A stretch of DNA of 63,093 nucleotides, the filler included, from Octopus bimaculoides (Eukaryota), in the NCBI RefSeq assembly GCF_001194135.2. It is 10 parts of 9 records of this genome, joined end to end, with 100 filler letters (N's around TTAATTAATTAA, not from the genome) between each part and the next. Parts side by side here need not be neighbours in the genome. Positions count along the whole stretch, not along the records: positions 59,443 to 63,093 come from NC_069010.1; 9 more parts are not named here. The stretch is one strand, 5' to 3'. Below, piece by piece: positions 61,798 through 63,093 of this stretch. The translations under genes were made by a program, and so were the position numbers. Position 1 is the stretch's first letter. Each line of letters begins with the position of its first letter. The notes below the pieces were generated by a model. The model searched no databases. It saw nothing but the letters and a program-made list of their open reading frames with translations, and was not told where the DNA came from.

Positions 61798-62204
61798 CTT
61801 TTGACTCGCGGTTAGGGTTATATATGTATTTGTGTGTATGTGTATATTTGTTTTGTGTGTAAATGTGTATGTGTATACACGTTTATGTATATGTATGCTT
61901 GTAATAATGGTCTTTCATCTCCTTGAAGCACATGCTGCTATCAAACGTTTAAAATATCTCCTGATTTATAAATAAAAGAAAGAAAAGGAAAAACAAAAGC
62001 AAACACTTCTCCCCTCATCCCTCGCTGTGTCGCCTCTTATCTATGTTGGCTGCTCCTTTTCTTTTTGGGTCATTCTTAATTGGCGATTGGCACAGTGGAA
62101 ATTGCTTCCACTTCAATGCTACATTGCCTTCTTGCCACGTAGCTCAATCTGGAAATGTAGTGTTTGCCCACAAACAGCTGCGATTTTGCAGAGAATTTAC
62201 CTTC

Positions 62205-62580
62205 CTTCTCAGCTTTTGGTCGTCGGACCGTGGTCATGCTGGGGCATTCGTCGTCATGAAGTGTTTCATTGAACAGATCGACCAGGACTTTTTTTTAAAA
62301 CCTTTTTAAAAGCCTGGTACGTATGTATCGATTGCTTTTTGCCGAGCTTAACTTACGGGGACGTAAACAAACGAACACCAGTTGTCAAGCGGTGATGGAG
62401 ACACTCACACACACACACATGTTGGGCTTCCACACAGTTTCCATCTACCAAATCTGTTCACAAGGCATTGGTCGGCCGAGAACTATCGTAGAAGATAATA
62501 TATGCCCAAAGTACTGCGCAGCGGGACTGAACCCAGAAACCACCTGGTTGCAAAGTGAGTTGCTTAACCACACAGCCGTA
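62205..62580 (-). mobile_element. Composite SINE AB
   Basis: Tail (62205-62400), (CA)n and head (62420-62580) in reverse orientation. Confidence 0.8.
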
Positions 62581-62997
62581 TCAGTGATATTAACAAACTA
62601 ATTAATGGAAATAATTGAAGTTATCAAAAATAGAAAGAGGGCATTTCGAAAATTCATTCCGTCAGTTGTAAATTGCTAATTAAGGATCGGCTGGCATTTG
62701 TAATTATAATTAACGAACAACTCTGCCTGAGAGGATGCATTTTGAAGCTCGCAGTGGAACTAGTGTAGACCTTTCAGACCGTGGTGTGTCCCCATCAAAT
62801 ATGGAGTGCGTGGTGAAACCGCCAAGGTGAACTTTGGCAAGTCATGCAGCTTAACTATGAGAACAAGTAACACATAGGCAGTCATTGATGTAAGGTAGTT
62901 TTTTTTTCCTGTACTTTTGGATATTTGCTTTATGTAATTTCTTTCACCATCTCCTTATATGTTTGCTTGTCTATCTCTCTCTCTATATTTCTCCATG

Positions 62998-63071
<74 letters not shown>

Positions 63072-63093
63072 GGGACAAAATCCAAAATTACAG

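Overview
AT-rich, microsatellite-dense, gap-ridden animal genomic scaffold. The SINE families and gap style suggest an octopus draft assembly (inference). About nine 100-bp spacer gaps contain the linker TTAATTAATTAA. Most recognisable sequence is decayed mobile DNA: restriction-like-endonuclease LINEs (R4/Dong-like, several junctions in (TAA)n tracts), CR1/L2-type LINE ends, an internally deleted Gypsy element (gag relic, PBS, PPT, three LTR copies), hAT-Buster, mariner, Tc1, Merlin and pogo/Tigger-type DNA elements, and many tRNA-derived SINEs. Two things stand out. (1) At least four unrelated short repeat families carry type I hammerhead-ribozyme folds of the Penelope/retrozyme kind; one is fused behind a tRNA-derived head and one lies inside a ~650-bp foldback. 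(2) The ORF track misses short exons of what look like two tandem paralogues of a secreted-protein family: a terminal exon at 47819-47871, then a new gene with a signal-peptide exon at 51704 and a domain exon at 52366-52544. A weaker candidate micro-exon gene with a signal peptide lies at 35465-35852. No rRNA, true tRNA or CRISPR feature is supported. All calls come from reading the sequence by eye; no database searches were run.
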